From positions 149,741-213,740 of the forward strand of contig JBDRKW010000006.1 of NCBI GenBank assembly GCA_043813585.1: a DNA stretch of 64,000 nucleotides, written 5' to 3'. Source of the stretch: Candidatus Kerfeldbacteria bacterium (GTDB taxonomy: Bacteria; Patescibacteriota; Patescibacteriia; UBA9570; XYC2-FULL-38-9). Below, piece by piece: positions 9,395 through 18,585 of this stretch. The notes beneath the pieces were generated by a model. The model was not told the origin of the DNA, searched no databases, and saw nothing but the letters and a program-made list of their open reading frames with translations. Position numbers and translations under genes: made by a program. Within the stretch, counting starts at the first letter, position 1, and every line of letters begins with the position of its first letter.

Positions 9395-10534
9395 TTATCC
9401 GATTTCACGCATTGCTAGGCCGACCGCGACCGACATGCGCGGACCGATGCTTTGTAATACCGGTTTCATCTCCATTGGGTACATCACGCGCGCCCACGGA
9501 TCGCCGATAAAAACCTTCACGCCAAGAACATTGCTTAAGTATTGCGTAATGTTTGGCAGCCAGGCAGATCCGCCGGCCAGCACGATCTTCTCAACGCTGC
9601 CGCTGCCCTGGCTCTGGTAGAGGTTCAGAACATATTTCACTTCATTTACCACGGACGAAACCATGAACTCAATCCGTTTTGGAATCTGGTTGCCCGTGCC
9701 GGCCTGTTCCACCAAGCCGAAGTCGCGCTTGAACTGTTCAGCGCGGTCGGCGTCTATATTCAGGCTGTTTGCAATCGCTTTGGTGATGGTGTGGCCGCCG
9801 ATATCAATGCTGCGGTTAATCAGCGGCACCGAATCAACAACAATGCTGATCGTGGTCGCCACCGCGCCCATGTCAATCAGCATTATCGGGGACTTATCAT
9901 TTCCTATGAGCGCACGTTCCAGAGCAAAACTCTCCGTTTCAAGGCTCACCAGGTTCAACTTGGCCGCTTTGAAAATTTCCAGGTACCGTGATACCAGGTC
10001 TTTTGGCGCTGCTGTGAGCAGTATTTTCAAAAATTTCTTAGACTTGCCTTCAATTTTTGCCTGGCTTGGCTGGCCGGCAGCCTGCTGGCCAGGGCCCTGT
10101 TGTCCCGGCTCCTGCCCGGCGTTTGCCGCAAATGCAGTTTCAATGTCAGCATCCTCCAAAATCTTCCAATCCAGGATCATCTCCTCAATCGGCATAGGCA
10201 CGAACTTTTTCGCTTCCCAATTCACTGCAGAAACCAGCTCTTTTTTCGGCATTTCAGGCAGGTGGATTATGGAAGTAAAAACAGTGTAGCTCGGAAGCGC
10301 TGCAACAGCGTTCGTGGACGTTGTCCTGGAATCCTTCTGTATTTTTTCGAGCGCTGCGATGATATTATCCTTGGCCTCCTTGCTTGCCGACGTCAGGATT
10401 TCATTCGATTGTTCCAGGTAGCCGTACGTCAACAGCTTTGGCCGGCCTTTAAAATTCTCTAGCTCCACGAGCTTTACTGCGGAATTGCCAATATCTATTC
10501 CCAAGTAACTCTCGTTTGATCCAAATAGTGCCAT
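9395..10534 (-). CDS. pilM: Type IV pilus assembly ATPase-fold protein PilM (actin-like)
   Basis: LGIDIGNSAVKLVEL actin/FtsA-like phosphate-1 motif with a Q/P/G-rich insertion. The likely start is Met at 10534; the ORF extends to 10612. Confidence 0.8.
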   Translation of the reverse strand: MALFGSNESYLGIDIGNSAVKLVELENFKGRPKLLTYGYLEQSNEILTSASKEAKDNIIAALEKIQKDSRTTSTNAVAALPSYTVFTSIIHLPEMPKKELVSAVNWEAKKFVPMPIEEMILDWKILEDADIETAFAANAGQEPGQQGPGQQAAGQPSQAKIEGKSKKFLKILLTAAPKDLVSRYLEIFKAAKLNLVSLETESFALERALIGNDKSPIMLIDMGAVATTISIVVDSVPLINRSIDIGGHTITKAIANSLNIDADRAEQFKRDFGLVEQAGTGNQIPKRIEFMVSSVVNEVKYVLNLYQSQGSGSVEKIVLAGGSAWLPNITQYLSNVLGVKVFIGDPWARVMYPMEMKPVLQSIGPRMSVAVGLAMREIG

Positions 10535-10637
10535 ATGCAAAACATTAATAAAATCAAAGGGAAAAATCCCGTAGATGTAGTAAATTATAACATCTTTTAG
10601 ACGCTTGTGCAACGAGTTCTACACAGGCCTTAATGCG

Positions 10638-12278
10638 CTAATCAACGATCGGAAGCGTTGACGCGTAGTCCTTAAGGCCCGGCGGCGTATTCGCAATTAT
10701 CCGGCCGTCATAATATATTAATTCGGAAGGTTCATCCGTGCCCGGCAGCCCTTCATAGGTTCGCTGGAAGTCAAACGTGCGCCCCATGAGCAGCCCGTAC
10801 GCAACCAGCTGCGACGCGCTGGTTGGGAGTGTGGTAATCGTGCCGTCGCTGACACCGTCTCCGATAAAATCATCACCGACCACGAAAAAGGATCCGACGA
10901 TGTTCGAAACATTCTCGCCGATCGTCAGGTCGCCGCGGATAATCCATGCAACAGAAGCCAGGTTTTTCAAATCAAGAAGCGTCGTGTTGTTATAAAAAAG
11001 ATTGGCATTAATCGTCAGGTCGCCGTTCACTACTATGGTAATAGCGCCGTCAAAATTACTGCCGCTCGATGGCAGTGCCGTGCCATTTAAAAATGTAATG
11101 GCATCTGATATTGTATTTGACTGGCCCGGTCCGGATCCATCGTCAACAAACACAACCGCGCCGTCAACAAACACCTGGGCAGGCATGCCGGCAAGCGACG
11201 GGACAACCATGACCTCGTCTCCCCAAATATTTTTTGTACCGTCAATCTGGGTGGTTAATTTGTCAAAATCAATGCGGCCAAGTTCGCTGCGATATTCACT
11301 GTCCGCATCCGGCAATGTCAGCACCGGCGAATTTTCATCTATGAAATTGCCTTCGCCCAAGAGCTCGCTGCTGAAATTCACAACCGATCCGGTGCCGGCG
11401 CTGCCCGTAATCAGGTAGGTGGCGTTGAATTGCGGCGGCGATAGGACGCCGGCCGGATTACTGATGCCGCCGGCCACATAAACATCTCCCCGTTCAGTGG
11501 CGACGAATCCTCCCTTTGGTCCGGTCGGTGAACCGCCGCCGCTTCCGGAAAAATCTATCCAGCCCAGGCCGACGCTGTTCGAATACGATGCGTCCGGAAG
11601 CGTGCCTCCGCCGGACCATGCCCAGCCTTCAAAACTGCCGTTGCGGTATAGCACGCCATACTCATCGCCGTCTGCCGTGTTATTGCCCTGGAGCAGGATC
11701 CAGCCCCAGTCATTGTCCATACTCGTTGTCCCCAGAGCGCGGTCCCCTTCCAGGCCGATCGATATAATGCGCGCCCAGCCCGACACCTCCTCTTTATTTT
11801 CGATATCCAATTGCGCCGGATAACACGGTTCTGCCGGGTAAAAGTTCGCCGGCCCCAAAGCCACGCATGCCGGGTCGGCATATAACGGATTGGTCAGCGG
11901 TTTCGGATCAAAATTCACCCAGCCTAGGCTGTACGGCGTGCCTGACGTTGTAATGTCATTACCAAACCAGCCCCATCCGCTGATATCGCCTGTATCAGCA
12001 TCAACGGTGACGTTCGGGTATTTGCTGTCAACCGTGTCGCAAAAACCGACGGCGCTATCGCAGTTCAAATGGAAAAAGCCTTCCGCAGAAGTTATCTGAA
12101 GCCCTTCTGTTGCGCCCGCCTGATCAGTCGGCGCTCCGATCCACCCCCATGCTTCCATGATGCCGGTCGTCAACTTTACCGGTACCGCAAACACCTGCTC
12201 ATGCCATAACAAAATAACCGCACCGGCCAAAACAGTTGCAAGAACCAAGGAAACTGATAGTGTACGCACACGCGTCAT
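10638..12278 (-). CDS. Large secreted or membrane-anchored protein of unknown function heading the pilus gene cluster
   Basis: Signal anchor MTRVRTLSVSLVLATVLAGAVILL followed by a G/D/S/T/N-rich β-type sequence. It has no prepilin motif and is co-directional with pilM. Confidence 0.4.
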   Translation of the reverse strand: MTRVRTLSVSLVLATVLAGAVILLWHEQVFAVPVKLTTGIMEAWGWIGAPTDQAGATEGLQITSAEGFFHLNCDSAVGFCDTVDSKYPNVTVDADTGDISGWGWFGNDITTSGTPYSLGWVNFDPKPLTNPLYADPACVALGPANFYPAEPCYPAQLDIENKEEVSGWARIISIGLEGDRALGTTSMDNDWGWILLQGNNTADGDEYGVLYRNGSFEGWAWSGGGTLPDASYSNSVGLGWIDFSGSGGGSPTGPKGGFVATERGDVYVAGGISNPAGVLSPPQFNATYLITGSAGTGSVVNFSSELLGEGNFIDENSPVLTLPDADSEYRSELGRIDFDKLTTQIDGTKNIWGDEVMVVPSLAGMPAQVFVDGAVVFVDDGSGPGQSNTISDAITFLNGTALPSSGSNFDGAITIVVNGDLTINANLFYNNTTLLDLKNLASVAWIIRGDLTIGENVSNIVGSFFVVGDDFIGDGVSDGTITTLPTSASQLVAYGLLMGRTFDFQRTYEGLPGTDEPSELIYYDGRIIANTPPGLKDYASTLPIVD

Positions 12279-12342
12279 GGCTCTATCATACGAGAAAACG
12301 GCCATGCTGGAAAGGTTTTGCCTTTACCCGTATAATCGACCT

Positions 12343-13503
12343 ATGCCTGAAACGGAAAAAACAACCTATGCGTTTATCCTGGGTTCGCACCCGGATCTTT
12401 CGCTTGCAGAGCTGAACGCCGTGCTGCCGTTGCCGGACGGAGCTCCGCTCACGCGCTCCGGAACCGTTGCGTTCTATAAAACGGCAGATCCGCTGGACGC
12501 CGACGCCCTCATGGAAACGCTCGGCGGCTGCATCAAGATTGTCGAAATGGCAGGCGTGTTTGATGAAGAAAAGCTTCTCGACTGGCTGATGAACCAAGTA
12601 GATCGTTCGACCAAATTCAATTATGGATTTTCTCTTTACCCGGCCGACAGAGGGATCAAAACGAAGAAACACTGGAAGACGCTGCACAAACTCGGCCTCC
12701 AGCTGAAGAAGTCATTCAAGGAGCAGGAGATCTCGGTACGCTTTGTGGAATCGCGCGAGGTCATATTATCGTCCGTGATCGTCCGAAAAGAACGGCTGCT
12801 GAAGAACGGCGTTGATATTGTGTTGCTCAAAGACAACGATGGCATGCGGTTTGGCAAAACCCTGGCCACCCAGCCATTTGGCGAGTTCTCCCGGCGCGAC
12901 TACGGCCGTCCGGAACGCGACGCGCGCTCCGGCATGCTGCCGCCCAAAGTCGCGCGCATGATGGTGAATATCGCGCAGCCGAAAAAAGACTCGGTGGTGC
13001 TCGATCCGTTCTGCGGTTCCGGAACAATCCCGCAGGAAGCACTGCTGCTCGGGTATGCAAACGTCATCGGCAACGACATCAGCGAGAAAGCGGTTGAAGA
13101 CACGCGAAAGAACCTGGAGTGGATGAAACTTCCGGAAATACCGTTGCACGTCTCGCCGGCTGAAGAGCTGGTGATGAAAAGCGTGCTGGATCCGTATTCG
13201 GTGGACCGCATCGTGTTTGAGGGTTACCTCGGTCCTCCATCGCCAAAGGAAGAACATATTTTGAAAATCAAAAAAGAACTGGCGGCATTGTATACAAATG
13301 CATTCCCGGTACTGTTCGACCTACTCAAGGAAGATGGGCGCGTTGTTGCGGCGCTGCCGTTCTGGAGATTCAGGGAGGACCACCATCTGGATATTCCCGC
13401 GATTATTAAAAGAGCCGGCTTTGTTATGGATGCCGGCCCATGGTTCTACCGTCGGCCGCAGTCAACCGTCGGCCGCGAAATTGTCCGCTTAAAAAAAGCG
13501 TAG
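12343..13503 (+). CDS. Class I SAM-dependent methyltransferase, TRM11/RlmL-like (N2-G / N6-A type) with an N-terminal substrate-binding domain
   Basis: Motif I VLDPFCGSGTIPQEA and a GPPSP motif-IV-like sequence. The upstream ATG at 12157 overlaps the neighbouring gene and was rejected. Confidence 0.6.
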   Translation: MPETEKTTYAFILGSHPDLSLAELNAVLPLPDGAPLTRSGTVAFYKTADPLDADALMETLGGCIKIVEMAGVFDEEKLLDWLMNQVDRSTKFNYGFSLYPADRGIKTKKHWKTLHKLGLQLKKSFKEQEISVRFVESREVILSSVIVRKERLLKNGVDIVLLKDNDGMRFGKTLATQPFGEFSRRDYGRPERDARSGMLPPKVARMMVNIAQPKKDSVVLDPFCGSGTIPQEALLLGYANVIGNDISEKAVEDTRKNLEWMKLPEIPLHVSPAEELVMKSVLDPYSVDRIVFEGYLGPPSPKEEHILKIKKELAALYTNAFPVLFDLLKEDGRVVAALPFWRFREDHHLDIPAIIKRAGFVMDAGPWFYRRPQSTVGREIVRLKKA

Positions 13504-13506
13504 ATA

Positions 13507-14574
13507 CTAACTGAAATGGAACAGCATCACGTCGCCGTCCTCCACGACGTATTCTTTGCCTTCCATCCGCACTTTCCCTTTTTCACGCGCACCGGCCCAG
13601 CCGCCGCCTGTGACAAAATCATCATACGAAACGACCTCGGCGCGGATAAACCCTTCTTCAAAGTCAGTATGGATCTTGCCGGCTGCCTGCGGCGCCGTGC
13701 TTCCCTTCGTGACAGTCCACGCGCGCACCTCTTTTTCGCCGGCTGTTAAAAAAGTAATAAGGTTGAGCGTCTCGTACCCGCGCTTGATCAGCTGTTCCAG
13801 GCCAGTCTTGTCCATGCCCATCTCTTTCATTAACTCCTTTGCGTCGTCTTCCGTAAGCTGCGCCAGCTCCGATTCGATCTTGGCAGAGATGGCAACCGGG
13901 TCCTTTTTCTTGAGCTCTTCAGGAAGGGCATCAGCTATGGCGCCTTCATCAACGTTTGCGATGAACAAAAACGGCTTCATGGTCAGTAGTTGGTACTTTT
14001 CCACGATCTCCCGCTCGTCTTCTTCCAGGGCGACGGTGTTTGCAAACTCGCCTGCGTCGAGCACGGGTTTTATCTTGTTTAAAATTTCCAATTCTTCAAC
14101 CGCTTCCTTGTCCTGGCCACGCGCCTTCTTTTCCATGGTTGCATGCAGTTTTTCAACTAGTTGGAGATCCGCCATGATCAATTCAAGATGAATAGTTTCC
14201 ATGTCGTCTTTCGGGTCGGCCTTGCCGGCGACGTGCACGACGTCCGGATCATTAAACGCCCGAACAACTTCGGCAATGGCATCCACTTCGCGGATATGCT
14301 GGAGGAACTTATTGCCCAGGCCTTCGCCTTTATGGGCGCCTGCCACCAACCCTGCGATATCAACAAACTCAATCATAGTAGGCACGATCTTTTCTGTTTT
14401 TACTAGAGGAGCCAAAACGGCGAGCCGTTCGTCCGGTACGGGCACGCAACCGACGTTCGGGTCAATCGTGCAAAACGGAAAATTCTCCGCAGCCACCTGG
14501 TTGCGGGTGAGCGCCTGGAAGAGCGTAGATTTTCCGACGTTGGGCAGGCCAACAATTCCTATCTGTAATGACAT
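13507..14574 (-). CDS. ychF: Ribosome-binding ATPase YchF
   Basis: MSLQIGIVGLPNVGKSTLFQALT G1 motif with TGS and C-terminal YchF domains. There is no SD upstream. Confidence 0.9.
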   Translation of the reverse strand: MSLQIGIVGLPNVGKSTLFQALTRNQVAAENFPFCTIDPNVGCVPVPDERLAVLAPLVKTEKIVPTMIEFVDIAGLVAGAHKGEGLGNKFLQHIREVDAIAEVVRAFNDPDVVHVAGKADPKDDMETIHLELIMADLQLVEKLHATMEKKARGQDKEAVEELEILNKIKPVLDAGEFANTVALEEDEREIVEKYQLLTMKPFLFIANVDEGAIADALPEELKKKDPVAISAKIESELAQLTEDDAKELMKEMGMDKTGLEQLIKRGYETLNLITFLTAGEKEVRAWTVTKGSTAPQAAGKIHTDFEEGFIRAEVVSYDDFVTGGGWAGAREKGKVRMEGKEYVVEDGDVMLFHFS

Positions 14575-14821
14575 AAAAATCGGGTTATGAACCCGATCAG
14601 CATAGAGGAATATTCATTTTGTTGCAATACGTCTGGCTTTACCGCCCGTTTCCCATTTCTCTGAAGCGAATGCTCGTTTCGCATCAGAGAGACGGGGCCG
14701 GGCCACTGCAGATCGTGTAGATTGCAGGGCCCGGCTTGAACTTCGTTCGTCCGTCGGTGCGCCGTGGTAGCGTGGCGCCGTTGCCACCGGCTTGCAGACC
14801 GGCGTTAAGCTCGGTTGTGCG

Positions 14822-15073
14822 CTAGCCGTTGAGGCCGCGCACGAACTGATCGGTGTCGACCGTGTCGCCGTCGGAGACCATCATCGGGGCGTAGGCGCCC
14901 ATGACGGGGGTCTTGACGAACTGCATGCGGATGCTGTCGACCAGGTCTGCCAACGCGTCGCGGACGTGGTCCACGGCCTTCTCGACCAGCGGGGTACCCG
15001 CAGGTGCGAAGCGGCCGATGACGGCGATGGCGAGGATGGACAGGACGACGAAGTTCGGGTTGGAGAGGCTCAT
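14822..15073 (-). CDS. Small (83 aa) hypothetical protein with an N-terminal hydrophobic helix; GC-rich
   Basis: About 65% GC in a roughly 50% GC context. A strong SD (AAGGGGG) lies 6 nt upstream of the ATG. Confidence 0.45.
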   Translation of the reverse strand: MSLSNPNFVVLSILAIAVIGRFAPAGTPLVEKAVDHVRDALADLVDSIRMQFVKTPVMGAYAPMMVSDGDTVDTDQFVRGLNG

Positions 15074-15443
15074 AATGGCCCCCTTTCGTAATCAGTCGTG
15101 TGCGCAGTCTCCCGGAGGACAAGCTCCCGCGGGAAACATTGCAACTTGTGTAGAACGACTGCTCGGTAGCGGTAGGGATGCATTTTGCTTTCAGCAAAAA
15201 ACGCAGTTCCCTCCCTTCACAGAGCAGCTGTCCTCAAGTGCTTAATTATTTCTCTCTCACTCTTATATACTCTCTCCTGCTCTTATTGCACAAATCTGTA
15301 CAAAAGAACGAAACAGCATAGCGCACTTTTGCTGTTTTGTCAAGAGTAAAAGACGGGATATTCGCTAATTTTAGCGAAACGATATATATGTTGGTTACCC
15401 TAGCAAAATGAAAAACAGCGATGAATTCAGCTCATGAACACCA

Positions 15444-15472
15444 TTGACAAAAGCCTTTTTTCATGATATCCT
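15444..15472 (+). promoter_or_regulatory. Sigma70-type promoter (TTGACA-17-TGaTATCCT extended -10)
   Basis: TTGACA at 15444-15449, 17-nt spacer, TG-extended -10 at 15464-15472. It lies upstream of the small membrane-protein gene. Confidence 0.4.
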
Positions 15473-15536
15473 ACTTGGTCTTTTACTCGAGGAGAGAGTT
15501 TCGAGGGAGGACAGCACCTTTGGAAGGAGAAACGTC

Positions 15537-15842
15537 ATGAACACGGTTTCCAAGACCATCCGTATCTGCACCAGCTTCGCGCTAGTGATCCTCGGCTACA
15601 TCCTGCTTCACAACATTTACGCCCACATCGATGCGATCATCGGCTGCATCTCGGCGTACGACGTGGAGCCGAGCTACACGCACGAATGGATCACTCGCGC
15701 GCTGATCTGGCACGTCAAGGAGTACGTCTTCGTGAATGGAGTGACCTGCTACCTGTTGATCGGCACGCTGATCATCAGGATGAACGCACGACGACTCTCT
15801 ACTGAACTCTTCCGTCTTGGGGAGGAATATAGGGAGGCATAG
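15537..15842 (+). CDS. Small (101 aa) two-TM membrane protein, unknown function
   Basis: Strong SD GGAAGGAG 6 nt before the ATG. Two hydrophobic helices and an RMNARRLSTELFRLGEEYREA tail. Confidence 0.5.
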   Translation: MNTVSKTIRICTSFALVILGYILLHNIYAHIDAIIGCISAYDVEPSYTHEWITRALIWHVKEYVFVNGVTCYLLIGTLIIRMNARRLSTELFRLGEEYREA

Positions 15843-15935
15843 AGGTGCTAGGGGGACGAACCGCAAGCGCGATTCAGGGTGGAGACGACACGTCACCGCC
15901 CACCCCCCAGTTCCTGTGACTGCAACTCGATTGTA

Positions 15936-16500
15936 GCCAGAGGAATGAAGCTCCCCGGGCTCACGCCCGGGGTATCTTTATACCCATACAAACTTCGTTT
16001 GTCCTTTGTCCTCTTTACCTTGCTGCTCTATATATTTTTCGATAGTATTTCTGTTGACTCCGACGGTAGAGACAAAATAGCCATCTGACCATATTCCCAT
16101 CTTGTCGTTCTCGTACATATGGCTAAGGAAAGGAAACTGCGTTCTCATGGCCTTTGCACTATTGCTTTTAAGAGTACGTACGATATCAGAAACAGCGTAT
16201 TTTGGAGGAATGACTAGAAGGAGATGGATATGGTCTTCATCCGTATTCATTTCAATAAGTTCAATATCAGGTTGTGTGTTGAGTATATTTTTTATAGTGG
16301 CCATGAGATACGCTCCCATGCCTTGTTTGAGTATCTTTCTTCTATATTTGGTGACAAAGACAAGATGGTATTGTGTATAGTAAATACTGTGCGCTTGTTT
16401 GCGGTATGCGATTGGTTCACTCATACTGTGAACATACCACGCTGCGGTAAAGAGGCCAAAGGCACAGCAAGGAACCCCGGGCTCACGCCCGGGGTATTGA
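15936..16500 (-). mobile_element. IS200/IS605-family insertion sequence (tnpA only)
   Basis: The identical perfect palindrome CCCCGGGCtcacGCCCGGGG occurs at both ends (15953-15972 and 16475-16494), flanking a Y1/HuH transposase gene. Confidence 0.75.
15978..16424 (-). CDS. tnpA: IS200/IS605 family transposase TnpA (Y1 HuH)
   Basis: YHLVFVTKYRRKIL and HIHLLLVIPP (HuH) motifs in a roughly 148-aa protein. Real start MSEPIAY at 16424. Confidence 0.85.
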   Translation of the reverse strand: MSEPIAYRKQAHSIYYTQYHLVFVTKYRRKILKQGMGAYLMATIKNILNTQPDIELIEMNTDEDHIHLLLVIPPKYAVSDIVRTLKSNSAKAMRTQFPFLSHMYENDKMGIWSDGYFVSTVGVNRNTIEKYIEQQGKEDKGQTKFVWV

Positions 16501-16515
16501 CTCCGTACACAAAAA

Positions 16516-16545
16516 GAATCCCGCACTAAACGGGATTCTTTTTAT
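16516..16545. terminator. Hairpin and T-run (bidirectional terminator candidate)
   Basis: GAATCCCGcactaaaCGGGATTCttttt. Confidence 0.45.
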
Positions 16546-16552
16546 ATATACT

Positions 16553-16915
16553 CTATTTCAGGATAACCTCATGATCCGGGCACCACGCCGGATCGACAAT
16601 GCATAAAAACTTCAAATCAATATCTCCGGTGTTCTCGATAAATTGCGTCGCGTTCGGCGGAATGGAGATCACACACCCGGGACCAACCAGTTCAGTCTCA
16701 TCGCCTATTGTCATCTTCCCCTCGCCTTCCAAAATATAATAGACCTCCGACACGCTCAACGTGTGCGGTGCAGAAACGTCGCCCGGCTTCACGACCGCGT
16801 GCGCCAAGCTATATCTAAAATCCTCATCTGACTTATCCGCATGAAGAAGCTCACGCAAAATCGTATTGTCCCCGGCAATAAATTCTTCGCACTCGTCCAG
16901 CTTTCGAATAAACAT
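16553..16915 (-). CDS. Cupin domain protein
   Basis: Conserved-barrel motifs (G(X)5HXH-like HAVVKPGDVSAPHTL ... PPNATQFIENTGD). Start at MFIRKLDE, 4 nt after the folD stop. Confidence 0.6.
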   Translation of the reverse strand: MFIRKLDECEEFIAGDNTILRELLHADKSDEDFRYSLAHAVVKPGDVSAPHTLSVSEVYYILEGEGKMTIGDETELVGPGCVISIPPNATQFIENTGDIDLKFLCIVDPAWCPDHEVILK

Positions 16916-16919
16916 AATT

Positions 16920-17795
16920 CTACTTATCGCCGGTAAATCCTTCAATTCGCCGCATCGCAAGCCAGGTATTCTGCAACAGCGACACAACTGTCATCGGCCC
17001 AACGCCTCCCGGCACCGGGGTAATAAATCCTGCTTTGTCAGCAACCTCTTCCAGGGCCACGTCTCCGACAACCTGTCCTTTGTGACGGCTGATCCCGGCA
17101 TCAATCACCATCGCGCCCTCTGCAATCATATCCGCGGTAATCAAATTCGGAACGCCCGTGGCAGTTATCAGAATATCCGCTTGCTGCGTATGCGCTGCCA
17201 GATCTTCAGTGAGCTTGTGGCATATCGTTACAGTCGCGCCTTTGTTCAGAAACAACGCGGCTGTCGGTTTGCCCACGATATTGCTCGCACCTACCATCAC
17301 CACATGTTTGCCACGAATATCCACGCGCGTTGATCGCACTAGCGTCCAGATTCCTTTTGTGGTTGCCGGCACAAAAAATGGCTCGCCCATATATAACCGC
17401 CCAATGTTATCCGGATGAAACCCATCCACGTCTTTCCACGGCGCCACCGCCTCCATAATCGTATTCGCATCAATATGGTCCGGCACAGGCATCTGCACCA
17501 GGATCCCGTGGATCTTCTTGTCCTTATTGAGTTTCTCTATAATCTTCAACACCTTATCCTGTTTGATGTCCTCCGGCAGCTCCACTGTCTCTAAATACAT
17601 GCCCACCTCTTCGGACGCCTGCGACTTGAACTTCACGTAAATCTTCGAAGCCGGATCATGCCCAACCAAAACCACGGCTAATCCCGGCCGCACATCCGAC
17701 TGTGCGATTTTATGCTTTAAATCAGCGCGAATCTGCGCCGCCATCCCCTTGCCGTTGAGGATCTTCGTTACATGTGATTGTTCTTTGTTTTCCAT
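16920..17795 (-). CDS. folD: Bifunctional methylenetetrahydrofolate dehydrogenase / methenyl-THF cyclohydrolase
   Basis: Full-length FolD-family protein (GKGMAAQIRADL..., GHDPASKIYV, NIVGKP motifs). Confidence 0.9.
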   Translation of the reverse strand: MENKEQSHVTKILNGKGMAAQIRADLKHKIAQSDVRPGLAVVLVGHDPASKIYVKFKSQASEEVGMYLETVELPEDIKQDKVLKIIEKLNKDKKIHGILVQMPVPDHIDANTIMEAVAPWKDVDGFHPDNIGRLYMGEPFFVPATTKGIWTLVRSTRVDIRGKHVVMVGASNIVGKPTAALFLNKGATVTICHKLTEDLAAHTQQADILITATGVPNLITADMIAEGAMVIDAGISRHKGQVVGDVALEEVADKAGFITPVPGGVGPMTVVSLLQNTWLAMRRIEGFTGDK

Positions 17796-17877
17796 TGCTA
17801 TACTCTACCGCATTCTTGACTTTTTACAAATTCACAGATATAGTCTACTGTTCATTCATGAGTATTTAATACCTTCT

Positions 17878-18585
17878 ATGGGAGAACCACAACCCGCCCG
17901 GCAGCAGCCGGCAGAAAGCTACGATCGAGAAACAAAACCGGGCAAACGTAAAATACCGCCTGCCAGGCTTGAAGTTATTGAAGGTGGAGATGAAAGTCAA
18001 CTGCTTGATGAGGCGGCGGCCGGATCAAGTGAAGCGTTCAACCAGTTATGGAAAATGTATGATGATGAACTCACTGGATTTCTCTATAACAAAATCCCTT
18101 CATACGTTGCCAACCGCCGGGAAAAAGCCGAAGAAATCAAACAAGAGGTGGCCGTAAAAGCATGGAACAATATTCATACGTTTAAGAAAGAAGCAACATT
18201 CAAAACATGGATATACCAAATCGCAAAAAATAAATTGATCGATGAATTTAGACGAAAAAAACGCAGAGTCAAAACACGTTCTATCGACGAAGAGTATGAC
18301 GACGGGGGAAAGAAAATTGATCCCGAGGCCACAGGCCTGTCAGCTGATCCGGAACTGGCCAGCATGATGGCCGAACAGGCAGATGTCGTGCGCGAAGCAA
18401 TCAAAGAGCTTCCGTCCGAGCAAGCTGAAGCAATACGCCTGTTCCATCTTCAAGACAAATCATATTCAGAAATCGCAGAGATCCAGGGCATTAGTGAAGG
18501 AACTGTCATGAGCCGTCTGTTCTATGCAAGAAAATCACTTAAAGAAAAGCTTAGCGAAATGGGTCAAGAATTGCGCAGCGCTTAA
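17878..18585 (+). CDS. RNA polymerase sigma-70 family (ECF-type) sigma factor
   Basis: Region 2 ([19 protein letters not shown]) and region 4 HTH ([28 protein letters not shown]). TTTAAT 7 nt upstream of the ATG suggests a leaderless transcript. Confidence 0.75.
   Translation: MGEPQPARQQPAESYDRETKPGKRKIPPARLEVIEGGDESQLLDEAAAGSSEAFNQLWKMYDDELTGFLYNKIPSYVANRREKAEEIKQEVAVKAWNNIHTFKKEATFKTWIYQIAKNKLIDEFRRKKRRVKTRSIDEEYDDGGKKIDPEATGLSADPELASMMAEQADVVREAIKELPSEQAEAIRLFHLQDKSYSEIAEIQGISEGTVMSRLFYARKSLKEKLSEMGQELRSA

Noticed and set aside
12157-12342. Upstream ATG (12157) of the methyltransferase ORF
   Set aside because: It overlaps the 3' part of the divergent upstream gene's coding region by about 150 nt. 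The in-frame Met at 12343 begins the conserved domain and leaves a plausible intergenic promoter region.
15936-16500. TnpB or OMEGA RNA-guided nuclease associated with the IS200/IS605 element
   Set aside because: The element is only about 560 bp and contains just the 148-aa TnpA. There is no RuvC-like ORF and no space for one.
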